Shown here: piece after piece, positions 23,101 through 34,316 of the stretch | How positions within the stretch are numbered: position 1 is the first letter of the stretch | Layout: the number at the start of each line of letters is the position of its first letter | DNA from: Podarcis liolepis | Lineage: Eukaryota | Length of the DNA stretch: 64,000 nt | Direction: 5' to 3' (one strand) | NCBI GenBank assembly: GCA_965112155.1 | Contig: OZ218104.1 | The notes under the pieces: generated by a model | What the model was told of the DNA's origin: nothing | Seen by the model: the letters and a program-made list of their open reading frames with translations, nothing else | The model's database searches: none | Translations under genes and position numbers: made by a program

Positions 23101-26100
23101 AGCGTAACATAGATGGCACTCAAGCAGGGGGTGAGCAAAAGGCAGAGCAGGGTGCTGACACTGGACCACTGGTCAATTTCTGGGAGGATTCTTGTAAAAA
23201 CACTGGATTTGTTTGACGTTGCTCTGACTCAAAAACAGCCAACTTCATATGTCCTTAGAGGAGGGGTTTTTTAAACTTGACCCTAGCTCAAGCACTTGCT
23301 TTGTTTGCACATTCAATCTCTGGCATGTTCAAAAGGATCCCAGTTGGCTGGGGAGCTGCCATAGGTCAGAGCAGACATGGGACAGGCAACCTGATGCAAT
23401 GCAGAATTGCTGGGAGTACAGCTCCCACCAGTCCCAGACAGCATGGCCAACTACTTCAAGGGGAAGGCCAAGGGAAGTTTCTGGCCTTTTGGACTTGTGG
23501 TACAAAGGACTGGGAGATGGGGGTTGCTAAGTACTAACCAGCAACTTTGGGGCAACATTTGGATGTGAAATTATTGGTTATTTTTACTTGACCTACTGGT
23601 GAGATTTATGTTCACTTAAATGTTGAAATATGTTACATGAAGTGGTAATTGATGGGAGGGTTGTGCTAAATTTGTAGTGGTACTATACTTTTTATAAGGT
23701 ATCATTATTGTACTACTGTACTTGGATATTTTTTTTTAAATGTGAACCACAAGCATTTGTGGAAAATGCACTGTATAAATTGTAGTCCAACACTTTAAGA
23801 GGGCACAAGGTTGTGCCTTCCTATGGCAAGAAATGATCCTATGCGGCACGGAGCAATGGCCCAAACTGACATAAGGCAGCTTCATGGGTATGTTCCAAGC
23901 AGGTTAATCATGCCTCCACTGTGGAAGAGCTCCGAAGGATACAACTTTGCTTTGCACATTTAACATGTTCCAGTGGACCATGAGGATTCTAGCAGGACGG
24001 AAGAGTAGACCATGCAAGAGCATTCACACAAGCTGAAAGTAAGTGTGGCACAGTGGGTGGGAAAGAGGACTCTGCCACACTCTCGCTGTGTGGCTACTGG
24101 CAAGTCACTCTTTCTTGCAAACAGTTCCTATGTGTTTACACAGCATCCCTGTTGAATTCAGTGAGACTTGCACACCAGGCAAGGGTTGTGTAGGATGGCA
24201 GCCTTAAAACTGAGATATGTGCTACAAAGAGCAGAGTGATACGACCCAAAGGAGCAGTCCCATGTTGAGCTCTCCCCTTGGCCTCTGCACTGTGTAGCTC
24301 AACTTGAGCTTATGTCGTTATGAAGGCCTGTTTCCCAGGAACACAAGAAGCTGCCTTATACAGAGTCAGCCCTTTGATACACCTAGCAGGTCGTTCTTGT
24401 CTACACTGGCAGGCAGCGGCTTTCTAGGATTTCCCAGTCCTCCTGAAGATGTCAGGGATTGAACCTAGGACCTTCTGCATGCAAAACATGGGCTCTGCTT
24501 CTGAACTGCAGCCCCTCCTCTTGAGATGTGAAAGGGAGGACCTTGACGTGAAGCTGTCAGTTTCTGCAGCAGCCCAAGTTCTTGGTTACATGTAGTTCAG
24601 CCCTCAGTCTCAGTTCTCCCTTCAGAAAAATGGGAGCAGAGACCTACTTCACACAGCACTTTCCCCCAAACCTGCTGCCCTTCAGTGGTTTTGGACTACA
24701 ACTCATATCCGCTATAGCCAGCATGGCTGTGATCCAAAATATGGTCGGGGAAGGCTTCCATACAGGATGCCTGCGAGGGAATACACATTAAAGCACCCGT
24801 CACCAACCAATTGCCCTCCAGATATTTTGGACTACAACTCCCATCAGCTGTAGTCCAAAATATCTGGAGTTGGGGAAGCCTGCACTAAAGGCTGTAATCT
24901 ACTTTGCAAATTAGAAATGTAAGCAGCAGACAAATCAGCAATGTCTCTCCTGATGAGGTTTGTACTCAAGCGGTATTGCCGACAAAAAGACATGGCCAGG
25001 CCGTACCATTCAAAGAGGCAGCGCTGGCCAAGGCGAGGCTCACATCGGCTGATGAAACGACAGCATCCTCTGGGAGGTACATGGCCCCCACCAAGTCGTG
25101 GATGTTGAGAAGCGGGTGGAGCTGCGTCACTCTCTTGGGCGGGATGAGCTCACATGGGATCCCCATGACCCTGTTGGAGAACACACACAGCTAAGGCCAG
25201 TCACTATTATTTATATTTATTGAATTTACATCCCACTCTTCCTCCCCCAAGGAGCCCAGGGTGGCAAAGAAAGCAAATATTTTAAAGACAATTACCATTA
25301 AAAACACTGAAAATCAGTTACAGTTATAAAAACATTCTAAAAGCAGTTAAAAACATTCCTCCATCCAATGAGGAGCCTGAACAGCGTTCTTCAGCCACCA
25401 GAGGCCTTGGGAAACAGGAATGTTTTCAAATTCCTCCTTAAAGTTAATAATGACAGAGTAGCACCTTTGCTAGGGAAGGCATTCCACAACTGGGGAACCA
25501 CCACTGAAAAGGCCCTGTCACACAGACCAGCACCAACTGGCCAGGCCCTGATTATAAGTTATTCCAGAAAGGCTGGCACATGCCTGGTGCTCCTCCTCCT
25601 CGTTCCTCTTACACTTACTTGAGCCGTGAGGCTATGCGCTTCAGGGAAATCAGCCGGTCTTGCGTCTGAGCTAGAGAGATAGAGCCAGTCCTCACGTAAC
25701 CTGGAACAAGTACAGGCACCCTCTGTCAGGGTACAGGAAAGCCCCAGAAAGGGTTCGTTTCAGATGGGTGCAAATGGTGGCTAATATCTGCAACCCTTCT
25801 GGGGAATGCCAGGATGGCGAATTACTTTGTGTTTGACTCCCCCACCCCCTGCTCAGCCACAAAGCTCAGTGTGGTAACCCCTCCTTACCCGTTTTTACCC
25901 CAGTCTCTTGCTCGAGTTGCTGATACAGCTTGTTGGAGTATTCAGCCATCTTCAGCTCGATGGACAGGTGCCGCGCTGTGCTTACGATGCCCGCACAAAA
26001 TCTTGTGGAACCAGCAGCTAGCCTGAAAGAGGGAAACCCAGGAGGGTCTGTGGGGACTCTGGAAGCTTGTTTGGCCCAAGAGGAGAGGTCATGAGTCAGT

Positions 26101-29100
26101 GGCAGAGGGCTCCCTAAGAAAGTATGGAGCTGCCATACCCAGAGTCAGGCCAATTGGCCCACCAGCTAAGTGTGGTTGGCACTCCAGGTTTCCAGATGGA
26201 GCTTTTCCCAACCCTATCTAAAGACTGAACCTAGGACATTTAGATGCAAACGGCCCAGGGAGTCATTTCCTATGGAATCAGGCAGGGAAGAGGAGGAGCA
26301 GGCAAGGCTTTCCACCAATTAAAGAGTGGGGCCTTTTGCACCTTATACAATTGCCTGTACTTCCTAAGACTCTGTGGGTACACCCAGAAGGCTGTTTCTT
26401 GAGCCCACAGTCAGGAAACTTGTAGCACTTAGTGGGGATTATGGGCAGCTCCTGGAGAAAGGAAAAATATTTTCCCCCAGGAGACCTCCCCACATTGCCA
26501 CCAGCAAGTGTTACAAAGGTGGCATGACCTGTACACTGGGACCACAGACCACCGAGGCCAGGAGAAGCTACTTCCTGTCTGGAACCAGATAGATTACATA
26601 ACCATACCTGTGAGCCTGATATTTCTACTCCTCTTCTTTTGGGGACCTGGACTGGATGAAATCACTGCCAGGGGCTAGAAGAAAGGCAACTGAAAGCCTC
26701 TGTTTCTTTGGGCTGGTTTCTATTGGAAAACCTGTCATAATTTACATAATTTAACCTTTACAAGCTCTGCATTTAGATAGATCCTCAAGCCCCATCCTCT
26801 TTATTTAGTTATTATTTTTACATCCCACCCTTCCTCCCAAAGGAGCCTAGTGTGGCAAATGCATCAGTGATAAAACAATACAATGCAATTAAAAAAATGT
26901 ATTTAAGACATTTAAAAAACAATTAGAAGTATCGAAAAGCAATCACATACTCTCACAGCACACAGTTTCAAGATTGCCAGGAACACCTCATCTTTACTTA
27001 GATGGTCAGTCAGAGCTTCTTTTTAAATTCCATATGAAGTGCTAAGTTTGTATGAAGTGAAATAAAGTGTCATTAAGTAGATCCCAATCTCCTTTTCCTT
27101 GATTTCCTCCATGCTCTTCCCAGCACACAACAAAATCAAAATGCGCTCCTCTGAAGAAGTGAGGCACAGTCAGCAATTGTGTGTTGGTTTTACAAAGGAT
27201 GGAGTTTGTGAAACCCAATTTGGGTGCTGAGCACGCAAAGCCCAAGTGTGCCACTAAGATATGGCAGGGGATATTTTTAGCTGTGTGTTGACAAGAGGCA
27301 CGCTTTGCCTTCCATTCCAGATTTCACAAGGAGAGCCCAAGTGCAAGGAGGCAATCTCTGCCACCAGAGCCAAAGGAAGGGCAAACATTTGCTCTTGCAT
27401 GCCACTGACAGGGTAATGCCAGCACACAGGGTCAGGACAGCATTCCTTGGCAAAGGAAACGTAAAGGAACCGGATGGTTTCTGGCAGGGCTTCTTTCAGT
27501 CTTAAAGACTAACTCAGACAACATACACAATGCTGTCCTCTAATGCCAAACTAGCAGCTAATGCTACTGATGATACTTTAAAGACATGGGACATTCATAG
27601 AAGAAAGGGTTATTGAAGGCTACTAGTCATGATAGCTATGCTCTGCCTCTATGGTCGGGGACAGTAATGCTCCTGAATACCAGTTGCTGGAAACCACCAG
27701 AGAGGAGAGTACTGTTATGCTCCATCCCTGCTTGCAGGCATCTCACTGGCATCTGGATTGCCACTGTGAAAACAGGATGCTGGACTAGATGGGTCATTAG
27801 CCTGATCCAGCAGGTTCTTTTTATGTTCTTATGACAAGCATTTCATTCCGATCACCCTTGTGTACCCTGTTGTCACACAGGTGAGATCACACCAATGTAC
27901 TAAAAGTTAACTAATCTGGAATAACAACCATGCCAGGAATCCATACACCAAATCAGCAGAGATCAGAGCTTCAAAGGCAATCTTAAGTATGCACTGAAAT
28001 AATGGGGGGAATTCACTCCTTTAGAACATTTTTACTACCCTGATTACAAGTGTAAGAAGACATAGCTTAATAACCATGAGTCTACTCCCTATGATTTTAA
28101 TAAGCATACAGAAATTCTACAGAAACTTTGACTCTGTGCTGGTAGCAACGAAGCCTGTTATACCAGTATTAGCAGGTGCAATTGTATTTAATTTTATAAG
28201 CATTCCAACTGCTCAGGAACAAAACCCCCAGACTGTCAGCATTCCTGTAGCCTCCCCCCCCCCCCATGATCCCAACACATGGGTAGGTTTATGTGAGAAC
28301 TGGTGCTGTCTCAGGTACACAAGTCCCAAGCCACGACAGGCTTTTAAAGAAAGCACCAAGCCACCAGCTGAAAACATTCCCAACTTTGGGTCCCAATTAG
28401 TAGCCCAGCAGCTGTATTTTCAACCAGCCAGACAGTCTTTAAAGATACCCCCATTGCAGGGAGAAGCACAAGTAAAGGAAACGAAACAAGGTATGAGATG
28501 TTGAGTCAAACAGAAAAGGTAGGTTTTAACCCTCCAGATGTTGCTGGGACTGTAGCTCCCATCACCCTAACTATTGGCCATGCTTCCTAGGACTGATGCA
28601 AGCTGGAGTCCAAAAACAACTGGAGGAACACAAATTCCTCATCCCCATGAAAGACAGAGACAAAGCAACTTGAAACGAATTCCAAAGATAAGATGCTGCA
28701 TAAGAAAGCTATCAGATGTAGGGAAGATATTACTGAACAAGGACCGCTGCCTGTGGAAAACCAGCATGTCAGAGAAGGGTTCTAGCTGAGTCTAGTCCAC
28801 CATGCTGAGCTTCTACATGCAAGGGGAGGTTCTGTTCCTATTCCTGTTTTGTTTGTAAGTGAGGAGAACATCTGAATATTGGTCCTAACCTGAAGCAGTA
28901 CAGTTCCAGAAAATACAAATGCCTTTTCTGAAGATGTAGATAAACTCTCAGCTTGAATCTTACAGTTAGCTAGCAGGTGTGTGTACACTTTACCTTTGCT
29001 ATAAGACCTTCCCAGTTCCACCACACAGCATTACTTGCTGCATCAAACACCTATTTTTTTTTTTTTGCAAAGGGGGAAAAAAAACTATTTACCTGCCCTG

Positions 29101-29319
29101 CTCCAGTAAGACGATGTCCTTCCACCCAAGTTTCGAGAGGTGATATGCCACTGATGTGCCCATGATTCCACCCCCACAGATAACCACCTGTGCATGTGAT
29201 GGCAGAGGGGTCAGGTGAGGTTCTGCTCCAGTTGTGCTACTGTGCCGGGAGCTGGTCATGCTTCTCCATCCTGGGCTAGCTCTTTGCCACCGGACATCAG
29301 ACAAGAGCCGGAGGAACAT
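10698..29319 (-). CDS. PDPR: Pyruvate dehydrogenase phosphatase regulatory subunit, mitochondrial; complete CDS in 17 exons (879 aa)
   Basis: Exon sum is 2640 nt with all phases consistent. Arg/Ser-rich presequence, FAD motif VVICGGGIMG, GcvT-like C-terminal half (DMSSFTKFE, THTGEPGFMLY, LRSLRIEK), ends FQGK*. Matches the recalled mammalian PDPR throughout. Confidence 0.98.
11499..11681 (-). CDS. PDPR: PDPR coding exon 16
   Basis: YALHVYNEVMSVGQKYGIRNSGYYALRSLRIEKFFAFWGQD..KLEK; cag|..|gtgtga. Confidence 0.95.
12042..12179. mobile_element. hAT-type MITE, 138 bp
   Basis: TIRs CAGGCATAGGC / GCCTATGCCTG, internally palindromic, perfect 8-bp TSD CTCTAGGT (12034-12041, 12180-12187). Confidence 0.92.
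12914..13003 (-). CDS. PDPR: PDPR coding exon 15
   Basis: EMSVGYANGIRVMSMTHTGEPGFMLYIPIE; cag|..|gtgaga. Confidence 0.95.
14868..15046. repeat. Small palindromic interspersed repeat (possible old MITE); related copies at ~11847-12015 and ~15075-15283
   Basis: Imperfect inverted ends ACACAACATTAA / TTAGTGTTGTGT; shared motif TAAACTATGGCTTAT. Confidence 0.45.
15360..15454 (-). CDS. PDPR: PDPR coding exon 14
   Basis: LNLIGPRAVDVLSELSYAPMTPEHFPSLFCK; tag|..|gtatgt. Confidence 0.95.
16426..16538 (-). CDS. PDPR: PDPR coding exon 13
   Basis: FFMISPTDQQVHCWSWLKKHMPVDSNLFLEDVTWKYT; cag|..|gtaagg. Confidence 0.95.
17578..17726 (-). CDS. PDPR: PDPR coding exon 12
   Basis: STGDQALDVLQYLFSNDLDVPVGHIVHTGMLN..GGYENDCS; cag|..|gtaggc. 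Confidence 0.95.
18293..18424. mobile_element. Older hAT-type MITE of the same family; further decayed copies near 1215-1300, 7400-7510, 17155-17250, 24655-24885, 28520-28645, 59150-59270
   Basis: Shared core CCAGATG..GGACTACAACTCCCATCA..GATGGGAGTTGTAG..CATCTGGAGGG. Confidence 0.7.
18632..18765 (-). CDS. PDPR: PDPR coding exon 11
   Basis: LLALDQSKTFYKPDWF..IDMSSFTKFEIS; cag|..|gtaagt. Confidence 0.95.
18858..19013 (-). CDS. PDPR: PDPR coding exon 10
   Basis: LIYDLKVPRWDFQTGRQLRTSPLYDRL..YFVPPGK; cag|..|gtgaga. Confidence 0.95.
19150..19274 (-). CDS. PDPR: PDPR coding exon 9
   Basis: YMAEWMVNGYPSDNVWPLDLKRFGALQSSRTFLRHRVMEVM; cag|..|gtaagt. Confidence 0.95.
19961..20153 (-). CDS. PDPR: PDPR coding exon 8
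   Basis: EPLLSALLRRMP..NCPESFTPD..GMNSAGTSFGGGAG; gagtag|..|gtaagt. Confidence 0.93.
20568..20717 (-). CDS. PDPR: PDPR coding exon 7
   Basis: IVDPDGRIYIRSWQGGILSGGFEKNPK..EDWDHF; tag|..|gtacgt. Confidence 0.95.
20872..21129. mobile_element. pogo/Tc1-mariner-type MITE, complete, 258 bp
   Basis: Perfect 17-bp TIRs CAGTGGTACCTCGGGTT / AACCCGAGGTACCACTG flanked by a TA target-site duplication. Confidence 0.92.
21882..21999 (-). CDS. PDPR: PDPR coding exon 6
   Basis: WAYELGLSNEEPVSIPLHACEHFYLLTRPLKTPLESSTP; cag|..|gtaagg. Confidence 0.95.
22690..22811 (-). CDS. PDPR: PDPR coding exon 5
   Basis: AQIHERTSV..IECQYFVNCAGQ; cag|..|gtcagg. Confidence 0.95.
24337..24515 (-). mobile_element. Squamate tRNA-derived SINE (Squam3-like); another decayed copy near 26125-26250
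   Basis: GGAACACAAGAAGCTGCCTTATACAGAGTCAG..GGGATTGAACCTAGGACCTTCTGCATGCAAA. Confidence 0.75.
25007..25170 (-). CDS. PDPR: PDPR coding exon 4
   Basis: VMGIPCELIPPK..EDAVVSSADVSLALASAASLN; cag|..|gtacgg. Confidence 0.95.
25619..25700 (-). CDS. PDPR: PDPR coding exon 3
   Basis: YVRTGSISLAQTQDRLISLKRIASRL; cag|..|gtaagt. Confidence 0.95.
25889..26022 (-). CDS. PDPR: PDPR coding exon 2
   Basis: LAAGSTRFCAGIVSTARHLSIELKMAEYSNKLYQQLEQETGVKT; cag|..|gtaagg. Confidence 0.95.
29093..29319 (-). CDS. PDPR: PDPR coding exon 1 (exon spans 29093-29381 including 5' UTR)
   Basis: MFLRLLS..VVICGGGIMGTSVAYHL..LEQG; donor AG|gtaaat; acceptor ttccag| at 29381. Confidence 0.95.
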
Positions 29320-30499
29320 CTTGATGAGGGTCCTTTAGCCCTTTACAAGGCCCCACAGATAAATGCCGACAGTTGCTATTTCTGGAAAACATAATATTAT
29401 TATGCAAAATCAACCTGCAAAACTGTATCATGGCTTAAAACGACATCAGCCAACATCACAATCTTCTTGACTTATACAGAGGTAACTGACATGGAGCAAA
29501 AGTTCCCCCAGCAAGGTTCTGTAAACTCAGACAGACAATAGCCACCCATAGCCTTAGGCAAAGGTGATTTCAGGTCCTGCTGCAAAAGATGATCATTGCA
29601 AAGGACACACTGTCACAAACTGAGCATCTCTGAAAAATATGTGAGAGAAAGCCAATGATGCATGGATTTTTTATTTTATTTTGCATAACAACACTTGCAG
29701 AATTATAGCAATTCCCTAATTAATTAATTAATAAAAACCAGGCAGGAAGTCCAACTCTGTTCAAATGCTGAATTGCTTGATATAAAATACTGAATTTGTA
29801 TTTAGCATCAACAGAGTGCAAACAAAAGGTCTTTTTTTGGCTGGGTGGGGAACTGTGTTGCCATGGTCCATTAATCAAATTGGTTACAGCACATACAGAA
29901 CAAATGCTTTTTAATACTGAACATACCGAACCACTGTTACCTAGTACTTGAATAGTAGAGCATAACAAGGAAATGATAAAAATTAAAATTATGTTTTTAA
30001 TTTTTACATTCTTGCTTTTGTTCAGTTAAAATTTAAGCAGGCTATCGGGAAATCATACACTGAGATTTGAAATGCAAAAATGCTGTTTTAAAAAAGGCAA
30101 TGGGGAAGAACTAGTTACAGAAAAGCTGTATCTGCCAAAGTCAAGAACACAAAGACAGGAGACTGCAGCCCATTAAATGCAGCCCCACAAGCAACATCTA
30201 GAAAACCCAGTACTATCTTTCTCAACCCAACCCTTTCCACCTCACGTGAGATATTATACACTTCACATGCCACACCAAAGGCACAGGCAAAGGAGAACCA
30301 TTGTGCTCCGACACAATTTCATGTCAAGTTATGTCACTGAGAAAAGAATATTCCAGGGCTTGGGTGAAATAAATAAACATACCCCACTTTTCAGCACCGA
30401 TACGACCACATCTGCAGCACAAAGCAGATTGCTGACCACCTGGAAAAGATACAGAGCAACCAGAAATAATAAAAGACTATCAACAAGCTAGAACATTGG

Positions 30500-30900
30500 G
30501 GGAGGGGCATGGAACAAAAATGTTCAGAGCCCTATGAAGAAGGCTGCAAGAGTTGTGTATTTTTTTTAGCACTAAGACTATTAAGGGGCAATATAATAGC
30601 AATCTTTAAATGTTTGAACAGCTGCTACAGAGGTGAAGGAGCAAATTTATTCTAATTTGTTCTAGAGGCAAAGATCTGACTCACAAGTTCACATTGCAGG
30701 AATGGCAATTTCACCTAAACATGAGGAAGAATTTCCTGGCTGTACAAGCTGTCCAACAATGGAACAGATTGTCTCGGAAAGTGGTGGCCTTTTTCACGAG
30801 AGATTTTTTAACAGAGGCTGGGTGGCCACCAAACGGGGAAGCTGAAATAACAGGTTCCCTGCAACAGCAGGAGTTTGGATCCTTCCATCTCCAGGATTCT
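30500..30900 (+). mobile_element. Degenerate CR1 3' fragment
   Basis: Residual translation FHLNMRKNFLAVQAVQQWNRLSRKVV matches the ORF2 C-terminus. Confidence 0.8.
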
Positions 30901-30949
30901 TTAACTAGAGGGCAAACACTCCAGGCCAGCTATTGACACATACACTCAC

Positions 30950-31125
30950 GTTCCACCTTTCCTCAAAAGAGCCCAAGGCGGCAATGTGTGGCTCTCCTCC
31001 TCTTTTGTCCTCACAACAAACCCTGCGCGGCAGGTGAGGCTGGGAGTTTGTGAGTGCTCCAAGGTCACCCAGGGAGCTTCGTGGCAGGAGGGATTCGAAC
31101 CAGGGTCTTCTTCATCAGTCTCAGC
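30950..31125 (-). mobile_element. CORE/MIR-like SINE; related pieces near 13280-13390, 14060-14240, 32050-32170, 33400-33540
   Basis: B box GGTTCGAATCC on the minus strand; CORE motif CCTCACAACAAACCCTG..AGGTGAGG..CAAGGTCACCCAG. Confidence 0.65.
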
Positions 31126-31299
31126 CCAACACTCTCCTCACCCTGAAGTATCTAACAATCAAAACAACAACAACTTAACATTCGAAGAGGGATTTATCAG
31201 TCATTCAAGAACTCCAGAGTTATGCCCAGTAACAACCACCTTGCAAGGTAGGCCTAGATTTCTGTAGGTGGGGAGAGGGCAAGACTGCTCTGCCCTAGC

Positions 31300-32200
31300 A
31301 GCAAAGGGCACACCTGGCGCAACCCACCAGCCCACCCTGGGGCCACATTTGCATGCAACGGCCCCGCCTCCACAGCTTTCGTTTGCATGCGCCGGCTCCG
31401 CCCACGCAAGGCTTATTTGCATGCCCCGCCCAACATGGCTCAGGGGAAAGGGAGGCAAACGAGGCCTGGGCCGACTCAAGGGCCGCCTCACCTACGCCGG
31501 CTTCCCCTCCGGAGCGCGACCTTCTCCCTTCCCTTCCTTGATTTCCCGCCTGCGCTTTACGGCCGGACCGCGCGACAGCAGCGCACCCGGTGTCGTACAT
31601 CAGCAGCGCGGCGGCCAATCAGAATCGGGAGGTGGGGTTACGGAGTCCGCGCAAGCGCACTCCGCTATCTTTGAGTGATAGTCCGAGACAGAGAGGCGGG
31701 GATGGGAAAGAAAGAGAGGCTTCTGCGACGCGCAGGCGCAGTATGCAGTTCCTCGGTTGTGGCGGCGTTAATGCTGCTCTGCTTATCCTGGACACAGTTT
31801 TTTGGATAGTGGGAGTTTTGTGCGCGCTGCTCGCCAAGGACCTGCCAGTGCTACGGAAGGGGGGGGGGGCGCATATTTTCCAGGCAGCTTCCCGCTACTT
31901 TGCTTTAAGCTTGCATTAATTTTTGCATACCTGCAAGTGCAATAAATAAATATATGTTAAAAACGTTTTGGGAAGCAACGAGGGACCGATCGAGTCGCTG
32001 TTGGCGGGATCGTTCGTAAGGCTTCTGCCGGAGTGGTGGAACCGTTGCACATGGTGAACCCCGCTGACCTATGAAGCTGCTCCGTGGTGGGTCTCTCACC
32101 CCAGCCTACCTCGCAGGGTTGTTACGGAGAAGAAAACGGGGAGGAGTGCCTGCACCGTGCACCCTAGCAACTTGCAGGAATGGAAATATGTTGATATAAT
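31300..32200. promoter_or_regulatory. CpG island promoter of PDPR with a CCAAT box (31615-31619) and two NRF1-type motifs (31649-31659, 31730-31740)
   Basis: Only strongly CpG-rich non-coding segment in the window; ggCCAATcag; GCGCAAGCGCA and GCGCAGGCGCA fit GCGCnnGCGC. Confidence 0.75.
31492..31600 (-). other. PDPR: Probable non-coding first exon of PDPR (upstream boundary/TSS uncertain)
   Basis: Lies inside the CpG island; minus-strand donor GTAG|gtgagg at 31492/31491, upstream of the acceptor at 29381. Confidence 0.55.
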
Positions 32201-33549
32201 AAATGAACGAAAGCTCGACTTCGGTTGTCACTGACTGTTCACATTTTTTTAAAAAGTAAGTAATGTGATTGTTCTCCGGTCTAATGTTGCCATCCGTTTT
32301 TGTAAACTCGTAAGCTCCAAAAATGGCGTAAAGTTGCGGGCAATCTGTAAAGCACAGCAGGGTCGCCATCCTCAGCTGGATAAGAGGCTCCTGGTTCCTC
32401 CAGAGCAGAGAAAGGGCCCCCTCCCTCGCCCCTAAAGTTGCCTGCATCTTGGGACAGTGTTCAGATGAAATATTGGGGTGTGGGGGTGGCGAGCAAAGGA
32501 GACTCCAGTCTATTGTGCGCTGAAGCAAGTTTTAGGCTGCACTTCCTACTGCTGGGACAAAGAAGCATGCAATGGTTGACCACTGCTCCATCCCCATTTA
32601 AAAAAATACATCCATCTGTATGCCATTGTATCTTTTTAGATGAAACACACAGGGTCCTTAGGTGAAAGACCAAGAGAAGCTCAGCAGTTTTCATATGAAG
32701 AAAGTTGAAGATTAATTTTTAGTAGTGCACTAGGTTAAAAACCAACAACCAAAAAGCCAAATTGGGTAGCTTTGCATGATTAAGTTGGAGGGAATGTATT
32801 CTCATAAAGCCCTAAATTCACATAGAACAAGATCCTCTTCCTCCAGTTTAGGAACTCACCATTGAACAGCTAAGCTCTACATTCTCCCAATTGCACAAAA
32901 AACAAAGGTTGGCCCAGAAGAAAAATACCACATCTTCTCCATCCTGGGCTAGCTCTTTGCCACAGACAGGCATCTCAGTTTTGAAGCGCTCTGCTTTTAT
33001 TGGGTTACCACTGTTCCAGTGTCCCCTCCCCCTTCCCCATAACTTGAGCCTACTGTTGATGCAGATACAATCCAAATGCCTCTTCCCCTCATCCTGTAAT
33101 ATTTTAACAAAGCCAAGTATGCCTACCCCACACTGCATCAGTGAGACACAGTGGCTCGTGGCATCACTCTTAGAGAAACTATCACTTTGGGCAACAGGGA
33201 ATTCCCATCTGGGTCAGGGATGGTTCATGAAAACTGACATAAGGCAGACCAAGAAGTGTTGTGGCTGACAGGCATCATGCACTTTGCTCCAAAGCAAGAT
33301 TTGTTTGCACCTACAGAGGAGTGGGGAACCTTTTTCAGCCTGAACTACACCCTCTTCTGGGCAACCTTTTGAGGGCCACATGTCAGTGGTGGGTAGGGAC
33401 AGATCCCCACCCTGGGTCAGCCACTATATCCCAGTCTCACCTACCTCATATAGTTATTATGAAGATAAAATAGGGGAAGGAGCAACCATGTCTGCTGCCT
33501 TGAGCTCCTTGGTGGGAAGGGAGGCTAAAAATGCAAGATGCTAAATGTA

Positions 33550-34190
33550 GTTTAAATGTGACACCCAGAACTGAAACAGTACTCCAGATGTGGCTTGACC
33601 AGCAATCAGAGCAGAACTTTTACTCCCCATGTTGTGGACACCATGCTTGTGTTAATTTCAGCTGAAGATTGTGTTTGCTTATTTATCAGCAAAAATGCAT
33701 TGTAGGTCCATGTTTAGCTTGTGATTGACTAAGAAACCTAAATTCTCACATGCCCAACTGCCAAGCTAGGTTCCCACCCCAACCTAAATCTGGCTCTTTT
33801 TTGGTACCTAAATGCAGGATTTGATGTTTATCTCAGTTGAATTTCAGTTGTTTGTAGCCTAGTGTTCCAGCCTCTCAAGATCATTTTGAATTTTGATTCT
33901 ATCTTTTATAGAGCTATAATTAGATAGAGCTATAATTAGTCTCAGTCTCATGCCATCTGCAAATCTTGATAAACACCTCCTGAATCAAAGTAATTTATAA
34001 AGGTGTTTAACAGCCCAGGAACACAGCCCTGACAATTGAGACCTCTTTCTTGGTAGATAGAGCCATCAATGAACACCCATTGGATATGGTCACTCAACCA
34101 GCTGTGGATCCATTCAACAACAATTATAATCCAGCCCACATTTTACCATCTTGTCAACAAAGGTACCACATGAGTTTTTGTCAAAAGTTT
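33550..34190 (-). mobile_element. Degenerate CR1 ORF2 fragment
   Basis: Colinear with 6010-6660 (CCCAGAACTG..CAGTACTCCAG, TCATTTTGAATTTTGAT, CATCTGCAAAT) but with stops and indels. Confidence 0.8.
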
Positions 34191-34310
34191 TTCTGGATTA
34201 AAAAGAAAAGGAGATACAATTTGTCTGGCATGACTTGGGGAGGGAGATTCCCTTTTTATTCACAGTTGATGGAGACACAAGGAAAACAAGTAAAAACCTG
34301 CAGACTCTTT

Positions 34311-34316
34311 TTTATT
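34311..34316 (-). terminator. Candidate distal GLG1 polyadenylation signal AATAAA (second copy at 34255-34260)
   Basis: Preceded on the minus strand by a U-rich block with several UGUA motifs and followed by a GU/U-rich element; an old CR1 fragment starts just beyond. Confidence 0.6.

Noticed and set aside
31741-31803. Small Pol III ncRNA ending at the T-run near 31800
   Set aside because: No A/B box, PSE/TATA or recognisable RNA family; more simply part of the CpG island.
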